DNA of 64,000 bases from Gammaproteobacteria bacterium (GCA_038142325.1 JAYQJW010000002.1:288001-352000); one strand, 5' to 3'; counted from the stretch's first letter, positions 1-15,883 are shown. Made by a program: numbers and translations. Notes: generated from the sequence alone by a model not told the origin.

Positions 1-1283
1 ACTTTCCTTAGTGAAGACATATCTAACTCATTCAGAAGGTATTTGATAGTCATCTCGCTAAAAACATAATCCATCATAACGTTCTTAGCATCTGATAATG
101 ATTCGAGATACATTGTCTTAGTTTCAAGGACTTGAGTATCTGAGTATATTCCTTTATCAAAGCCAAGTTGTGCGTTTTCATATTTTTTAAGATTAGTTTT
201 TAGTATCTGAAGCGCAGTATGATATTGTTTTTTGCTTAAGTTATATCTATTCAAATTATCAATTATGTCTTTTCGAACCGTTCTCTTAGAGTTCTTATGC
301 TCCAGACGAGCCTTTTCATAATTCATCCTTGCTTCTTTAATCTTGGATGATTGATAACCCCCTTTGAAGATAGGAAAATTTAAAACTATTGATAATGTAG
401 AATCCTCTCTAGTAGTAGCACCGAACTGAGAACCGCCTTGTGTAAGATCTAAATAGTCATACTCAGCTACTAAATCAATTGTTGGATAGTGACGAGATTT
501 TTGGGATGCAATTTCATTCCTATTGATATTAATATTTTCTCTAGACATATTAACCATGAAGTTTCTAGAGTATGCCTTGCTTAAGAGTTGATCCAAAACA
601 TATTCCCGATGATTAATTTTAGTAAGCTTTATATCATTAATATCATTTAATTCTTTACCTGAAAAAATAAAAACTTCATTTTTTATTTCAGTAAGACTGT
701 TTTCACTTAAAGACACATCATTCTGTGATATTTCAAAATTGTTTCTAATTTTTTGAAAATCTTCAAGCGTAATGCTTCCATTTCGAAATAACTTCTCTGA
801 TGCATTGTATTTTGATTTATTGAGATCTCTCTTAGCTTGATTCAGCTCTACTAAATTTTTGTATTTGATAAGATTAAAATAATTTCTTACTGATTCCAAA
901 ATTAATATAGAACTTGCATTATCTTTGCTTATTTCACTTTGCTTTATAGAATTTTTTGCCTTTTTTATTTCATCAAAAACATAAAGATGAATCAGAGGTT
1001 GTCTGATTGTGAGATTATACGTATCTCTATCATAATCTGCTGGATCAAAAGAACCTGAGGATTCATATCTTTCAATTGTCGTTTCACTAGCTTGTGCTCT
1101 AAAGTCAACTTCCGGATATACGGATGATCTTGTTTGTTTTAACGACTCATTAGCTATATTTAGATCAATTGTATTGTTCAATATATTAATATTATGTTGT
1201 CTTGCACGATCGTATAGATCAATGAGATCAGTTGCATGAACATCAATTACGAATATAGCTAGTAATAAAAATATTTTTTTCAT
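1..1283 (-). CDS. tolC: TolC-family outer membrane efflux protein (3' end runs off window)
   Basis: Hand translation from ATG at 1283: MKKIFLLLAIFVIDVHATDLIDLYDRARQHN...TIRQPL...; signal peptide, helical coiled-coil repeats, SRHYPTIDL and FPIFKGG motifs; frame appears open at position 1. Confidence 0.8.
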   Translation of the reverse strand, partial: MKKIFLLLAIFVIDVHATDLIDLYDRARQHNINILNNTIDLNIANESLKQTRSSVYPEVDFRAQASETTIERYESSGSFDPADYDRDTYNLTIRQPLIHLYVFDEIKKAKNSIKQSEISKDNASSILILESVRNYFNLIKYKNLVELNQAKRDLNKSKYNASEKLFRNGSITLEDFQKIRNNFEISQNDVSLSENSLTEIKNEVFIFSGKELNDINDIKLTKINHREYVLDQLLSKAYSRNFMVNMSRENININRNEIASQKSRHYPTIDLVAEYDYLDLTQGGSQFGATTREDSTLSIVLNFPIFKGGYQSSKIKEARMNYEKARLEHKNSKRTVRKDIIDNLNRYNLSKKQYHTALQILKTNLKKYENAQLGFDKGIYSDTQVLETKTMYLESLSDAKNVMMDYVFSEMTIKYLLNELDMSSLRK

Positions 1284-1600
1284 CAATACTTTTCCATTGT
1301 GGGATCAACATCATCAGACCATTTTGCAATTCCACCAGTTAGATTATACAAATTTTTTACACCATTTTGTTCAAGAAAAATAGCAACAGTTCTGCTTCTA
1401 ATTCCATGATGACAGACAATAACATATTCATTACTATCATTAAATAAGTTGATTGAATCTGGAATTTTACCCATGGGTATATGTGTACTGTTTTCAATAT
1501 GACATTTGTCAAATTCCCATTCTTCACGTACATCTATCAGCTTAATAACTGGATTTGAATCCATCATTTTTTTTATTTCTACAGGTGATTTTTCTTGCAT
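1283..1600 (-). CDS. Single-domain rhodanese (sulfurtransferase)
   Basis: LIDVREEWEF, VCHHGIRS active-site loop, NLTGGIAKW. Confidence 0.9.
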   Translation of the reverse strand: MQEKSPVEIKKMMDSNPVIKLIDVREEWEFDKCHIENSTHIPMGKIPDSINLFNDSNEYVIVCHHGIRSRTVAIFLEQNGVKNLYNLTGGIAKWSDDVDPTMEKY

Positions 1601-1735
1601 TATTTACCTACTTACCATTAGTTTTGTGATGTTACTATATTTTATGTTTCTGTGTAACTATTTCTTGTTTATTCAAGCATAATTACATCTGTTAACATCA
1701 TTGTTGAGCTGTTTGTGTTAATATAATTCTATTAG

Positions 1736-3442
<1,707 letters not shown>

Positions 3443-4720
3443 TTATTTTTGTGAGGCCATAAGTGCTTGGTCAAGGTCATCTAATATATCATCAATATTT
3501 TCTAATCCAATTGATAGTCTAACGAGATCTTCAGGAACACCTGCGGCTTTAAGCTCATCTTTAGATAATTGTCTATGTGTTGTACTTGCAGGATGACAAG
3601 CAAGTGATTTTGCATCGCCAATATTAACTAGTCTAGTAATAAGTTTAAGGTTATCAATAAACAAACCTCCTTTTTTCATGCCGCCCTTAATACCAAAACT
3701 TAGAACACTAGATGCTCTGCCGTTCATTAATTTTTTAGTGAGCTCATATTCATTGTGTGATTCAAGTCCAGGATAATTAACCCAAGTTACACATTTATGA
3801 TTCTCTAAAAATTCTGAAACTTTAGTAGCATTTTCACAGTGTCTATCCATTCTCACTGGAAGTGATTCAATGCCTTGAAGAATCATAAAACTATTAAATG
3901 GTGATATTGCTGCACCCATATTTCTAAGCGGTACAACTCGAGCTGCACCAATAAATGCCGCATCACCCATAGCTTCTGTAAATACTACGCCATGATAAGA
4001 CATGTCGGGCGTATTTAGTCTTTTGAATTTGTTTTTATGTTTTGCCCAAGGAAATTTTCCAGAGTCAACTATTATTCCTCCTATGGTTGTACCATGTCCA
4101 CCCATGTATTTTGTCAATGAGTGTACAACTATGTCTGCACCATGCTCGATAGGTCTGAATAAATATGGTGATGGAACGGTATTATCTACTATAAGCGGAA
4201 TGTTATGTTTATGTGCAACACGTGCGATCTCAGGAATATCGACAACATTAGCAGCTAGGTTCCCAATTGATTCACAAAATATTGCCTTTGTTTTTTTGTC
4301 TATTAATTTCTCAAGACTTGGAATATCGTTGTAATCCCCAAATTTAACATCTACACCAAATCTTGGTAGTTGATGTGCAAAAAGAGTGTAGGTCCCTCCG
4401 TATAAGGTGCTGGTACTAATAATATTGTCGCCAGCTTCACAGATAGTCATGATGGCATATGTTGTAGCAGCAGATCCAGAAGCCAGTGCGAGCGCTCCTA
4501 TCCCGCCTTCCATAGCTGCAACTCTCTTTTCTAATACATCAGAAGTAGGGTTCATTATTCTGGTATATATATTACCTGCAACTTTGAGGTCAAATAAATC
4601 TGCACCATGCTGAGTATCATCAAAAGAGTAAGATGTTGTCTGATAAATAGGTACCGCTACAGTTTTTGTAGTTGGCTCCGGTGTATATCCACCATGGATT
4701 GCTATAGTCTCAAATTTCAT
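3443..4720 (-). CDS. metY: O-acetylhomoserine aminocarboxypropyltransferase (MetY/MET17 family)
   Basis: PIYQTTSY, GNIYTRIMNPT, HSLTKYMGGHG PLP lysine, NIGDAKSL; start moved to MKFET at 4720. Confidence 0.9.
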   Translation of the reverse strand: MKFETIAIHGGYTPEPTTKTVAVPIYQTTSYSFDDTQHGADLFDLKVAGNIYTRIMNPTSDVLEKRVAAMEGGIGALALASGSAATTYAIMTICEAGDNIISTSTLYGGTYTLFAHQLPRFGVDVKFGDYNDIPSLEKLIDKKTKAIFCESIGNLAANVVDIPEIARVAHKHNIPLIVDNTVPSPYLFRPIEHGADIVVHSLTKYMGGHGTTIGGIIVDSGKFPWAKHKNKFKRLNTPDMSYHGVVFTEAMGDAAFIGAARVVPLRNMGAAISPFNSFMILQGIESLPVRMDRHCENATKVSEFLENHKCVTWVNYPGLESHNEYELTKKLMNGRASSVLSFGIKGGMKKGGLFIDNLKLITRLVNIGDAKSLACHPASTTHRQLSKDELKAAGVPEDLVRLSIGLENIDDILDDLDQALMASQK

Positions 4721-4777
4721 TGTTGAACCCCTTAAGTATTTTTTTTCTATAAGTTTATAAGATAAAAGCATGATTAT

Positions 4778-5857
4778 CTATTGAAATATATCGTATTGTG
4801 GAGAATCATTCTGAATTTTTAGATTAAAACCTGTCCCGAGCAATCTGATTGGCTTTTCTATCTCAATTATGTTTTTTTTAAATAAATCATAGAATTGGTT
4901 TACATCAATCTTTGAACATTTTTTTTGTCTAGTTATAGTCTCAAAATCATTAAATTTAATTTTAATGAATATTTCTCTAACATCTCTTGATTGAATACTA
5001 CTCGCTTTGCATCTATCAATTAATTTTTTATAAAGAATTTTGATATGATTTTGGCATGAATTTATATCAATTAGATCATCAATAAAAGTGTCCTCAACAC
5101 TAATACTTTTTCTTATTTTATTTGTTTCTATCTCTCTATTATCTATCCCTCTAATAAGATCAAATAATGTATTGCCATATGACCCAAAAATATTAATAAG
5201 TTCATCCCTAGACATTCGATACATATCTTTGCAGACTTCCATTTTTAAACTTTTGCACTTCTTGAAATTTACTTTACCAATACCTGGTATTGCTTTTAAA
5301 TTTACGTTCCTTATGAATGTTTCAATTTCACTATCATCAACCGTGAATTGACCATTAGGTTTTTTCCAATTAGAGCATATTTTTGCTATTAGTTTATTTG
5401 AGGATATGCCGGCTGACGCAGTTATACCAAAATCTTGATAAATACATTGACGTATTTCCCTGGCCATTTCCTCTGGATTACCTCTGCAGTAATTTGAAGT
5501 CGTTACATCCAAGTATGCTTCATCAATTGAAACTGGTTCAATTTTTTTTGAGTAGCATTTAAAGATTTTGAAAATATCTTTTGAACCTTTTCTGTATTTA
5601 TCAATATCAACAGGAAGTATGATTAGGCTATTACATAATTCTAAAGCCTTTTTTGTTGACATAGCTGAGTGAATGCCATATTTTCTTGCTACATAATTAC
5701 AAGTAGTTAAAACACCTCGTTGTGAAGCTTTGCCTCCAACCGCTACAGGTTTATTTATTAAATGAGGCTTGTCTTTGATTTCAAGTGAAGCAAAAAAACT
5801 ATCCATATCTACATGGATTATTTTTTTTGATTTCCAGATTTTATTTTTTTGATTCAC
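4778..5857 (-). CDS. dinB: DNA polymerase IV
   Basis: IIHVDMDSFFAS, NYVARKYGIHSAM, SIDEAYLD, KPNG motifs. Confidence 0.95.
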   Translation of the reverse strand: MNQKNKIWKSKKIIHVDMDSFFASLEIKDKPHLINKPVAVGGKASQRGVLTTCNYVARKYGIHSAMSTKKALELCNSLIILPVDIDKYRKGSKDIFKIFKCYSKKIEPVSIDEAYLDVTTSNYCRGNPEEMAREIRQCIYQDFGITASAGISSNKLIAKICSNWKKPNGQFTVDDSEIETFIRNVNLKAIPGIGKVNFKKCKSLKMEVCKDMYRMSRDELINIFGSYGNTLFDLIRGIDNREIETNKIRKSISVEDTFIDDLIDINSCQNHIKILYKKLIDRCKASSIQSRDVREIFIKIKFNDFETITRQKKCSKIDVNQFYDLFKKNIIEIEKPIRLLGTGFNLKIQNDSPQYDIFQ

Positions 5858-6071
5858 CTAAGGTTGATGCTTTGATTGTTAAAGCATGAATTTCACCAGT
5901 TTTAATATATTCATCAACAATAGCATAAATCATTTTATGTCTGTCTATAGTAGATTTTCCATTAAATGCTTCACTGATTATATTTACAGTGTATTTAGAA
6001 TCAGATCCATCGACATTCAAACTGTCATATTTTAAGTTCTGTTCAATTAAGCTAGATATTTTTTCTTTCAC
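5841..6071 (-). CDS. BolA/IbaG family protein
   Basis: ISEAFNGKSTIDRHKMIY...IHALTIKA; GTG start. Confidence 0.9.
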   Translation of the reverse strand: MKEKISSLIEQNLKYDSLNVDGSDSKYTVNIISEAFNGKSTIDRHKMIYAIVDEYIKTGEIHALTIKASTLGESKK

Positions 6072-6074
6072 AGT

Positions 6075-6509
6075 TTATTTCTCCCATAATTCTGGATTTG
6101 CCCAATTTTTGTTATTTAGCCAATCAGGATTATCCTTGTATGATGATATTTCATAAATGAAAACTTGAAATAAATTATCATCTGAAGGTCCATAGTACTT
6201 ATATCCATATGAAAATAATGTGCTCTCAGTTGCTGTTTGATTGTCACCAAAAGCTGAATCATTAATCAATAAGAGCATAACATCACTTGCGCCGTAGTTA
6301 TATTTCAAAATCGTTTGATTAGACAGGCCTTTTGAATCTGTTATTAATAAAAGTAATTCATCATCTGATAGAGGATTTTTTATGATATTCTCCAACGATT
6401 CCATAACTTTAAATGAACTTATATCACAGAAATTCTTAATGCTTGTGTGGTCCATGGATGTGAATAATTTCACAGATGATTTCTTTTTCAAATATTCATT
6501 AATATTCAT
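6075..6509 (-). CDS. DUF6231-like conserved hypothetical protein
   Basis: C-terminal YKDNPDWLNNKNWANPELW motif recognised from the family that precedes bolA/yciK in Gammaproteobacteria. Confidence 0.6.
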   Translation of the reverse strand: MNINEYLKKKSSVKLFTSMDHTSIKNFCDISSFKVMESLENIIKNPLSDDELLLLITDSKGLSNQTILKYNYGASDVMLLLINDSAFGDNQTATESTLFSYGYKYYGPSDDNLFQVFIYEISSYKDNPDWLNNKNWANPELWEK

Positions 6510-7171
6510 TTTTTGCCATCAATTAAATGAAATTTAACTGTTTTTGATTTGTACGTATTAATAATATCAAAACTCTTATAATCATTTGAATTTATATACT
6601 CTTTTACAATAATCTTACTATTAACTCTTTTAATAGTCTCGTCAATAATATCTTGATTATGCTGCGTGCTATTTTCAGCTATCTTTCTTAAAAACTGTTC
6701 TTTTTTTGAGGGTAATGCACTTTTGTTAACATTAAACATAAAATCAAAATAAAGATAATCAAATTGAAAAGCTGTATCTCTAATAAAACTTAAACAGTCT
6801 CCAAGTCGCATACTGATATCATTGAAAATTGATTTGACATTTTTATCAATAATTCTTGCTTTTGCATCTTTGAGCAGCCTTATTATTAGAGGATTTTTTT
6901 CAATCATAGTTACATTATTTCCGAGCGAGGACATAATTGCAGAGTCTTTACAAAACCCTCCTGTACAATCGAGAATTTTTAAATTATCTTTTTTTAATAT
7001 TTTATTCAGAGGATGATTTCTACTATTTTTCAATATTTCTGAATATTCATCAAAAGAAAGAATGAATTTTACATTGGACTTATTGTCCTTCAGTTGCAAT
7101 CCTTTTTTTGTCTTGTTGAGAGTTAGATTATGAAGACTTGTTAAATAACTATCGCTAATTATATTAGTCAT
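6506..7171 (-). CDS. rsmJ: 16S rRNA m2G1516 methyltransferase RsmJ-like
   Basis: ILDCTGGFCKDSAIM (cf. DATAGLGRDAF), DYLYFDFMF, SALPSKK; divergent. Confidence 0.7.
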   Translation of the reverse strand: MTNIISDSYLTSLHNLTLNKTKKGLQLKDNKSNVKFILSFDEYSEILKNSRNHPLNKILKKDNLKILDCTGGFCKDSAIMSSLGNNVTMIEKNPLIIRLLKDAKARIIDKNVKSIFNDISMRLGDCLSFIRDTAFQFDYLYFDFMFNVNKSALPSKKEQFLRKIAENSTQHNQDIIDETIKRVNSKIIVKEYINSNDYKSFDIINTYKSKTVKFHLIDGKK

Positions 7172-7183
7172 TCTGAAACCCGA

Positions 7184-7642
7184 TTAACCAATATTAAATT
7201 TTCTCCTGACATATCTAAGAGCAAAAAATATGAGCGGCCAGAGAAATGCGTTCATAAACGAACCAATTAATATAGCTTGATATTCAATAGTCTTGCCAAT
7301 GATAATGTATGCCCAGACGAGAAGGTGTTGTTTGACAATAATGAGGAAAAATATGACAAAAGATTGTTGAGCTATAGTCATATACCTAAGAGAGTTATAT
7401 AAACGAAGTACAATATAAATTAAAATAACATAAAAAAGGGATGATATACCTAAAACTTGACCAAGAACAATGTCAACTAGAAACCCTAATACGAAGGCAA
7501 GAAATAATTTATTAATCGAGGGAATAGCGATTGCCCAGTATATTAATACTAAGAGAATCCATTCTGGTGAGTAATAGCCCAGGGGTAATGTTATAAGTGA
7601 TACAAACAGGCTTAAAAGTATTGTTAGTAGTATTAATATCAT
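7184..7642 (-). CDS. mreD: Rod shape-determining protein MreD
   Basis: Hydrophobic, PEWILLVLIYW motif, follows mreC. Confidence 0.9.
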   Translation of the reverse strand: MILILLTILLSLFVSLITLPLGYYSPEWILLVLIYWAIAIPSINKLFLAFVLGFLVDIVLGQVLGISSLFYVILIYIVLRLYNSLRYMTIAQQSFVIFFLIIVKQHLLVWAYIIIGKTIEYQAILIGSFMNAFLWPLIFFALRYVRRKFNIG

Positions 7643-8466
7643 TTGATTTTACTTGGTATAATTGCTTCTGAAATCTTTTCAACCTTCTCTATAGGGTCAA
7701 TGATTGCTTGAATGAAGCGTTCACCATCGTTTTTAATTACATCTTTGACTCTTCCTATTTTTAAAGATGGGATGAACCTATTTGCTTGACCAGATGTAAT
7801 GATTAAGTCGCCAGTTTTTATATCAGAATCATTAGGTAGAAATGGAACTTCTAATAGATTATCCTCTGCTCCACCTTTTACAATGATTTGTTGGCCTGTT
7901 CGACCAATCTTTGCAGGTACATTGCTATTACTATCTGTTATAAGTAATACCTTGCTGGTATACATATTAACTTCTACAATTTGTCCAAGTAGACCATTTA
8001 CCCCCATAACAGTTTGTCCCACTATCAAGTCATAATTTGATCCAACGTTAATTTGAATTGATTTCTTATTTGGTATTACGTTAGTCTCGGTAATCTCAGC
8101 AATTTTTATATTTTTTATTTCATTGTCATGGTTTTGTCTTATTCCTCTTAGTCGTGAAACTTGACTCTCCAAAACATCTAACCTTTGAAGATTGATTTTC
8201 ATCGATATATTCTCTTTCTCCAGCCTTTCTATTTCTTCTTTTAATTCAGCGATAGTCTCCTTCTCAACCATAAATGAAGAGAAGAACATTGATGGTGTTC
8301 TAGCAAGATATTGGATAGGGTTGATTATAAAATCATTTATATAAATTCTTATATAGTTTGAATTTGAGTATTTAATATCTAGAACGATACTAGATATGGA
8401 TAAGGTGATTAAGAAAATTAGTAGGTAAAAGTTAGTAACACTTTTCTTAAAAGTTAGAGAAGACAC
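7639..8466 (-). CDS. mreC: Rod shape-determining protein MreC
   Basis: N-terminal TM, coiled coil, GLLGQIVEV, VLLITD, GDLIITSG. Confidence 0.93.
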   Translation of the reverse strand: MSSLTFKKSVTNFYLLIFLITLSISSIVLDIKYSNSNYIRIYINDFIINPIQYLARTPSMFFSSFMVEKETIAELKEEIERLEKENISMKINLQRLDVLESQVSRLRGIRQNHDNEIKNIKIAEITETNVIPNKKSIQINVGSNYDLIVGQTVMGVNGLLGQIVEVNMYTSKVLLITDSNSNVPAKIGRTGQQIIVKGGAEDNLLEVPFLPNDSDIKTGDLIITSGQANRFIPSLKIGRVKDVIKNDGERFIQAIIDPIEKVEKISEAIIPSKIK

Positions 8467-8468
8467 GG

Positions 8469-10947
<2,479 letters not shown>

Positions 10948-10949
10948 AA

Positions 10950-12398
10950 TTATTTTCCCGGTTCCATTAAATGCCAATCTGTTTCTTTTTGGTAAAGGTG
11001 AGAAATTCTTAGGATGTTCTCTTCATCAAAATGTTTACCAATAATTTGAAGACCAAGGGGCATATTTTCTTTAAAGCCCATTGGAATAGAGATTGCTGGT
11101 AGGCCAGCAAGATTTGTACTAACCGTGTATACATCTGATAAGTACATTGCAATTGGGTCATTCATTTTCTCACCAATCTTAAATGCAATATCTGGTGTTG
11201 TTGGCCCCAGTATTAAATCTACTTCTTTATATGCATTACTAAAATCTTGAGCAATAAGATTTCTTACCTTTTGAGCTTTAAGATAGTATGCATCATAATA
11301 ACCAGCTGAAAGAGCATATGTCCCGACTAATATTCTTCTTTTTACCTCTTTACCAAAACCTTCAGATCTAGAGTTTCTATATAGATCCTCAAGATTTGTT
11401 GATTTGTTGGATCTGTGCCCATATCTCACTCCATCAAATCTAGACAAATTTGATGAACATTCAGCGGGAGCAACAACTTGATAAGCTGACACGCCTAGGC
11501 TTGTATATTTAAGGTTAATTGTTTTAATTTTGCATCCGATTTTTTCAAAAATTTTAATCGAGTCATAAAATGATTCTTTGACATCATCATTCAGGTCTTT
11601 TATAAATTCTTCTGGAATGCCAATTATGTAATCTCTTTTTCCATTCTCTTCACAATATGTTTTATAATCTGGCACCTCAACATCAGAACTCGTTGAGTCC
11701 TTTTTGTCATGCCCTGAAATCTCTTTAAGTAAAGTCGCTGCATCTAGAGCATCTGTAGTAAATAACCCTGCTTGATCTAAACTTGAGGCAAATGCAATCA
11801 TTCCGAATCTTGACACCCTTCCATATGTTGGTTTAAGACCACATATTCCACAAAGAGAAGCGGGTTGTCGAATAGATCCACCTGTATCAGTTCCGGTTGA
11901 GCATGGAGCCATTCTAGCTGCAACAACTGATGCTGAACCACCAGAAGAACCTCCAGGGACATAATCAGTATTCCATGGATTTCTCACCGGGCCATAAAAA
12001 CTTGTCTCATTGGAAGAGCCCATTGCAAATTCATCCATATTAGTTTTTCCAAGCATAATAGTTCCTGCATCATTAAGTTTTTTGATTACAGTTGCATCAT
12101 AAGGACTGATAAAATTATCAAGCATTTTTGAGCCACAGGTTGTCTTAACACCTTTAGTACAAAAGATATCTTTTTGAGCAATTGGTAAACCCGATAAAGG
12201 TCTAAACTTATTATTAGATATTTCATCATCAATTGATTTAGCTTTTGCTAAAGCGATTTCTTCTGTTAATGTTATGAAACAGTTAAATTCATCATTATTT
12301 TTCTTGATTAAACTAAAGTAATGATTTGTAATTTCAGTAGCACTTACTTTCTTATCTCTAACTGCAGTTAAAATTTCATTTACGGAATTTAGTTTCAT
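10950..12398 (-). CDS. gatA: Asp/Glu-tRNA amidotransferase subunit A
   Basis: Amidase signature [30 protein letters not shown]. Confidence 0.97.
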   Translation of the reverse strand: MKLNSVNEILTAVRDKKVSATEITNHYFSLIKKNNDEFNCFITLTEEIALAKAKSIDDEISNNKFRPLSGLPIAQKDIFCTKGVKTTCGSKMLDNFISPYDATVIKKLNDAGTIMLGKTNMDEFAMGSSNETSFYGPVRNPWNTDYVPGGSSGGSASVVAARMAPCSTGTDTGGSIRQPASLCGICGLKPTYGRVSRFGMIAFASSLDQAGLFTTDALDAATLLKEISGHDKKDSTSSDVEVPDYKTYCEENGKRDYIIGIPEEFIKDLNDDVKESFYDSIKIFEKIGCKIKTINLKYTSLGVSAYQVVAPAECSSNLSRFDGVRYGHRSNKSTNLEDLYRNSRSEGFGKEVKRRILVGTYALSAGYYDAYYLKAQKVRNLIAQDFSNAYKEVDLILGPTTPDIAFKIGEKMNDPIAMYLSDVYTVSTNLAGLPAISIPMGFKENMPLGLQIIGKHFDEENILRISHLYQKETDWHLMEPGK

Positions 12399-12682
12399 AT
12401 TAATCTATAATTTTTAGGAACAATGTAATAGCCGTCTTTTACTTTAGAAGAGTCATTTTGATTTTCGGTTCTGTTGATTGCATCATCTGATTTATCATCT
12501 CTGAGCGGTTGACTAAAGTCTAGTGGATGTGCCATAGGCGCCATATCTTCAGTCGGTGCAGCATCTATGTCGCTAATCAACTTTAATATACTTTTTAAGT
12601 TTGTTTTGAGCTCTTCAATATCATCATCCGGAATGGTAAGTTTCGACAGATGAGTTAATTTTTTTATTGTATCATTATCCAT
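12395..12682 (-). CDS. gatC: Asp/Glu-tRNA amidotransferase subunit C
   Basis: LTHLSKL, PMAHP, LRDD, YYIVPK; upstream of gatA. Confidence 0.9.
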   Translation of the reverse strand: MDNDTIKKLTHLSKLTIPDDDIEELKTNLKSILKLISDIDAAPTEDMAPMAHPLDFSQPLRDDKSDDAINRTENQNDSSKVKDGYYIVPKNYRLI

Positions 12683-13541
12683 TTTCTTTATGTGATGAAG
12701 CGAATCTTGGCATCATATTATAGTCCATGTGGATAGATATGTCTGTAAAATCATTTAACTCTAATAGAGAAATAATTGCTTTAGATTGATCGATTCCGAA
12801 TTCTAAAATTAACGCCCCACCTTTACTAAGAGCTTCAGGAGATGATTCTACTATATTTCTTATAGCATCTAGTCCATCTTTCCCCGAATAGAGGGCAGTA
12901 TGCGGCTCATTGTCAGAAACACTACCTTCGACACGATTATCATTAATAGCAATGTATGGAGGATTGCTAAAAACAAAATCTAATGTATGACTCCCAAACG
13001 GTTTTAGCCAATCACCACATATTAATTCGATGTTATTAAAATTACATAACGCCAAATTCTTTTTCGCTACATTAATAGCAGTTTTGTAGAAATCGCTGAG
13101 AATAATTTTCCATTCTGGTCTTTCATTAGCAACTGTTATACCCACACAGCCCGAGCCACAACCTGCATCTAAAAAAACACATCTACCTCTCTTTTTGTAT
13201 ATTTCATCACCTTGATGAAGTAAATGTTCTATTATGCTCTCTGTTTCAGATCTTGGTATTAATACATTCTCATCAACATAAAATTCATGTTTATAAAATT
13301 TATGTTTCTTTAATATGTATGATAGAGGAACACCATCATTCCTTTTTTTTAAAATATCTTTGATTTGAGCTCTTAAACGTTCTGTAATCTCGGGTATATA
13401 GTCTGAATATAGTTTTGTCTTTTCGTAGTCCATTACATAACTGAAAATTTCTTCAGCTTCAATTTTACATTGCAGGTAAGTTTGGGAAGTAGTTTGTTCG
13501 AGGAACTAAACTGCATCTTTAAATGCATCGAAAGTTTTCAT
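12675..13541 (-). CDS. prmC: Release factor glutamine methyltransferase PrmC (in-frame TAG at codon 12)
   Basis: VLIPRSETE, DAGCGSG, SNPPY; ATG at 13541 overlaps the prfA stop and is in frame with the 12675..13433 ORF via MKTFDAFKDAV*FLEQ. Confidence 0.9.
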
Positions 13542-14599
13542 CATTTCCTAGATTCTTCAATTAATGAATCTATTAATGGTTCAATATTCCCTTCTATAAG
13601 CTGATCAAGTTTGTATAACGTAAGGTTAATTCTATGGTCCGTCACTCTCCCTTGGGGAAAATTGTAAGTTCTTATTCTTTCTGATCTGTCTCCTGAGCCA
13701 ATTTGTTTTTTCCTGCTTTCATCAGTATCTTTTTTTTGTTTTTCTTGTTCGGCTGACAACAATCTAGAGTGCAAATACTCTAGCGCTTTAGCTTTGTTTT
13801 TATGTTGAGATCGATCATCTTGACACTCAGATACTATCCCTGTTGGAAGATGTGTAATTCTAACAGCTGAATCTGTTTTATTAACATGCTGTCCTCCAGC
13901 CCCAGATGCGCGATATGTGTCTATTCTTAAATCTGCAGGATTAATCTCTATATCATCAACTTGATCAACTATAGGAAGAACTGCTACAGTTGATGCTGAT
14001 GTGTGAACTCTGCCCTGTGTTTCTGTATCCGGAACTCTTTGGACTCGATGCGTTCCTGATTCAAACTTAAGAAAACTATATACATTATTGCCCATTACTT
14101 TATAAATTATTTCTTTGAATCCTCCATGATCACTTACGTTGCTGTTTATAATCTCTACACTCCATTTATTTTTTTCTGCGAACTTAGCGTACATCTTAAA
14201 AAGATCGCCAGCAAATATAGCAGCCTCTTCACCACCAGTTCCTGCTCTAATTTCCATATAGATATCTCTTGAGTCATTAGGATCTTTCTCGATTGTTGCT
14301 TCAATAATCTTTAATTCAACTTGTTTAAGCTCCTTCTCATATCCATCTAGTTCATCTCTTGCAATGGCTATCATTTCTTTATCATCATCATTTAAAAGCT
14401 CTTGTGTTTCAGATATTGATTTTTCGATATGAAGAAATTTTTGAAAAAGTTTTACACTTTGTTCTAACTTCGAAAGCTCTTGATTTAGAGACTTCATTTT
14501 TGTTTGATCTGAGTATATTTCAGGTGTGCTTAATTTTTGCGTTATACTTTTGTAACTTGAGAGATTTTTCTCAAGCTTTGATCGTAAATCAGGGGTCAT
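13541..14599 (-). CDS. prfA: Peptide chain release factor 1
   Basis: GAGGQHVN, PDT (PxT) codon-recognition motif, RIRTYNFPQGR. Confidence 0.97.
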   Translation of the reverse strand: MTPDLRSKLEKNLSSYKSITQKLSTPEIYSDQTKMKSLNQELSKLEQSVKLFQKFLHIEKSISETQELLNDDDKEMIAIARDELDGYEKELKQVELKIIEATIEKDPNDSRDIYMEIRAGTGGEEAAIFAGDLFKMYAKFAEKNKWSVEIINSNVSDHGGFKEIIYKVMGNNVYSFLKFESGTHRVQRVPDTETQGRVHTSASTVAVLPIVDQVDDIEINPADLRIDTYRASGAGGQHVNKTDSAVRITHLPTGIVSECQDDRSQHKNKAKALEYLHSRLLSAEQEKQKKDTDESRKKQIGSGDRSERIRTYNFPQGRVTDHRINLTLYKLDQLIEGNIEPLIDSLIEESRK

Positions 14600-15839
14600 T
14601 AGTTTTCCTTGAAGAGGTTATTGAGTTTATTTATCTTATCTTCGTCAAGGTGAGGATATAGTTCTTTTAGTTTTAATGTTGTCTCATGAGCAAGCTTATT
14701 CTTAAGCGATTCTGATACATAATCAATAACAACGTTTACATCTTCAGAATTTTTTATCATTCGTTTAGCTTTTATAACTATTCCATTGGTAATATCATCT
14801 ACATAATCTCTATAATTTTTAATTATCTCAGCACTACTATTTTCTGCTAACCAATTTTTATACTCAACAATTTTAAATTTGATGATTTCTTCAGCTTCTT
14901 TAATAGATTTCTCTCTAATTTTATAATTCTTTTCTATAATCTCTCCTAAATCATCAATAGTATATAGATAGACATTATTAAGGTTTTTAATTTGTGACTC
15001 TACATCTCTAGGCACGCCTAAATCTATAATCACCATTGAGGTATTGTTTCTTTTTTCTAATGCATTTTCTATATTACCTTTACCAATTAATGGAAGTGAG
15101 CTGGATGTAGATGTAATGATGATGTCGAAATCATGAATGATGTTCGACAAGCTGTTCAAATTAGAATATCTACAATTATTATCAACTGCCAACTTCTTTC
15201 CTTTTTCTTCTTTTCTATTACAAATAGTTATTTCATGAACATTATTTGATTTAAGATATTTTAAAGCTAGTTGTGTCATTTCTCCTGCACCTATTAACAA
15301 ACATTTTTTTTCATCAACTGCTGAAAATATTTTCTTTATAAGCAGTATTGATGTGTACATGAATGAAATAGCATTACCACCAATGTCGGTGTTAGTTCTT
15401 ACATTCTTTGCAACAGAGAATGAGTATTCAAAAAGTCTTTTTAGTTTACTGTCTACTGTTTTATTCTCTAACGCAATTTTGTAAGCACTTTTTACCTGAC
15501 CAAGTACTTCGTTTTCACCTATAACCATTGAATCTAAGCCCGCAACAACTCTAAATAAATGTTTTATGGCATCTTCTTCCTCATATGAATATAAATATTT
15601 TGAAAACGACTTATATTCTTTTTCACTGAGAAGCCAGTTTTTTATATCAACGATGCCAGACTGACTTTCAACATAAATTTCTGTTCTGTTACAGGTAGAC
15701 ACAACAATAACCTCCGATATTTGCTCATTTTTTTTATACGACGGAGCAACAGGGAGATAGTATCTCCAGTGAAAGAGAATTTCTCTCTAACTTCGATACT
15801 AGCTGATTTATGATTAAGCCCTAATATTGATATGGTCAT
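14599..15839 (-). CDS. hemA: Glutamyl-tRNA reductase (frameshift in T-run near 15730)
   Basis: GLNHKSASIEVREK in ORF 15642..15839 joins STCNRTE, GLDSMVIGENEVLGQVK, GAGEM, DLGVPRD. Confidence 0.95.
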
Positions 15840-15883
15840 TTATGTTTACCTAATTAGAAATTAGCATGTGCTATTATACATCT

